Shown: positions 18,204 through 20,206 of the stretch, piece after piece
Layout of the letters: every line of letters starts with the position of its first letter
Position numbering within the stretch: position 1 is the stretch's first letter
Assembly (NCBI RefSeq): GCF_000143415.4
Contig: NW_003314288.1
Span: 1 to 20,206, forward strand
Length of the DNA: 20,206 nucleotides
Direction of reading: 5' to 3'
From: Selaginella moellendorffii
Lineage: Eukaryota; Plantae; Lycopodiophyta
The notes under the pieces: generated by a model
What the model saw: the letters and a program-made list of their open reading frames with translations, nothing else
What the model was told of the DNA's origin: nothing
Database searches by the model: none
Position numbers and translations under genes: made by a program

Positions 18204-20206
18204 ACTGTTCCTTAGTCTGACTTTTATTTGTGCTCAAGTATATCACTACTAGTGTTGGCATCAAAAGGTCCTAGGAGTGGGCCTATCCTTGAGGAGTAGC
18301 AGGTTAGGAAGACATGGCTCTCCACTACAATTCATGTGTGAACTTGTAGGTGAGGCGGTGGATAGAAAAGGGCTAATACTGGAATGACTTTGGGATTTTG
18401 GGAATAGTATAAGGTTTTCCTCAGAGAGTTGAGAATGTGATCCAGATGAGCATTTGATTTAGCAAAATGGCTAATTTAGTTGTGGTAAACAACTATAGTT
18501 AGGATCACAGGAAAGATAGAGACTTTAAAACAATAAAGGACTCACAAGATTATCCTCATATAATTGAGGTTGGTGCTCTTGAGATCAGAATTGATGACTG
18601 TAAGAGGTCAAGTATAGATGAGGATATGAGTCCTTGAAATGGTAGTTGGGGCTACTTTTTATAAATGCTAGAACAAACCCAATGAGTTGGGGGTGTGCTC
18701 AAAGGATGAGTTGGTATTCTCATTATATGGATGGATAGTCCTAAGGGGCAAAGGTAGCCCATAAAGAATGGAAAATAATAAAGTGTTGGAGTAACACTTG
18801 CAAATATGGTCTTTATGAGTAGAACATGAATACACAAAGTTGTATTTTAGCGAGTTGACACCTCAAAAATAGGATCTTACGGGTCAATGGATTAGCAAAG
18901 TCCAAAAATGCTAGATGACTCGAGTAGAGTCAAGGAATGGTCCTAAGGGATTGATAAAAGCATTTGGACTAAGCCCTATAAAGGTTGGGGAGGATTATAA
19001 GATCCAAGTATGAGAACAATGAGTATCTCATTGATGGCAAAATGTGCTATACTAAAGTTGTGAGGAAAGTGTTCCCAGAAGAAAACAACTTTGACACAAA
19101 GTTGCGTGTAAATTCTATGGTGTAGTGCTAACAAATAGTTGGTATAAGAAAGAATTGTATTAGTCTTAGCAAGGATCTAGACACAAGTAAAAAGTGTCAT
19201 AAAGGTAGGATTTTAGAGCCGCTGATGTGGAGACACCAAATGTGCCAAGATGTGATGCTTTGAGGTCAAGTTGGCAGATTTATAAGAACCCCCTCCCAAA
19301 AAAATCCTAATGGAAATAGGAATGGGATAGCCTAAGCTGGAAGGTATGTGGTTGGAGTGTGGTGACCCAAATAATGATGAAGGTGTAGGAGCACCAGTAA
19401 TGAGTTGTAAGATTTGACAAAATATGAGGTAACTAAGCAAAAGGTGCAAAATAATTGGTTAAACTAGTAGAAGGTAACTACTTAAGATTTTTTATTAGGA
19501 TAAGGAAGTTATATATACCCTTATGGGGGATAAATTGCTTATGTTGTAATATAGTAAGTCAATGTCTTAAAAGGAATGCTTATTGTCAAAGAGGCCATCA
19601 TTAAAACACCCAAACACTCTAGAACACTAGGAGGTGGTATTTAGTGTCATGAGAGCAATGGATAAGGCCAAAAGGACTCAGTCCTTAGCGAATGATAGAT
19701 AGGAGGTGCTATCCAAATGTTCAAAGGTTACGGAGACAGGAGAAGTCAATCTACCCAAATTTGACAAAGCCAAGAATGGGATTTTGGCAAGGTTAGTGAT
19801 AGGCATATAAAGGTTCATAAGTAACAATGTTAATCTCAGTGTGTGGGATTATTTGGTGAGTATACCCAGATTGAGGAAGCACTCCCTAGGCTATCGGGTG
19901 GGTTCATTCATATGAATACTTGCTAAGACATGGTAGAAAGTGTAAAGCTATCCTCCTAGTTTGGAGGAGAATAACCAAAGGAAATGTGTGGGCCAAAAGT
20001 TAGTAGTAAAAGGATAAAACCAAATTATAGGAATTGACGGGCATAACCAAGGTTGGTTATGCAAGTTGGGAGTGGAGAATCAAGTGAGTGCTTGAGCATG
20101 TTTTTATTAGCAATCGTGATGCCATAGAGAGTCTAAAGTATGGAATTGTCCATATTAGACTATATGGCAATTGGAAAGCTGGGAAAGGAGAAACCTTAGC
20201 AAATAA

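Larger units (their letters stand above)
17652..20206 (+). mobile_element. Heavily decayed LTR retrotransposon (probably Ty3/gypsy), runs off the window
   Basis: LTR plus iMet PBS, then purine-rich internal sequence with no long ORF. Only faint remnants remain, e.g. an integrase-like FISNRD near 20100. Confidence 0.55.

Overview
Eukaryotic, almost certainly land-plant, TE-rich DNA. The ~50-nt GT-AG introns, a PLS-type PPR relic, TTTAGGG motifs and an At3g54460-type gene fragment suggest a compact non-seed plant genome such as Selaginella (inference). Left to right: (1) the 3' part of an FCP1/NIF-family HAD phosphatase-like ORF. (2) A minus-strand Ty3/gypsy retrotransposon with a 174-bp 5' LTR, tRNA-Ala PBS, intact gag, a -1 frameshift signal (G GGA AAC plus H-type pseudoknot) and a pol with three TAG stops, cut off inside integrase at a hairpin-flanked junction. 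(3) A decayed pogo/Fot-like DD35D transposase. (4) An eroded 3' fragment of an F-box/SNF2/RING helicase gene. (5) One apparently intact six-exon gene (~1002 aa) encoding a Crinkler(CR)-type P-loop NTPase plus PD-(D/E)xK nuclease, with an unusual duplicated N-terminal header, a bipartite NLS and tandemly duplicated phase-0 micro-exons. (6) A PPR relic. (7) A 23-bp higher-order minisatellite and a G20 tract. (8) A second, heavily decayed plus-strand LTR element with an iMet PBS. The CR-type NTPase-nuclease gene and the gag-pol pseudoknot are the most notable. All family calls are by motif recognition; no searches were run.
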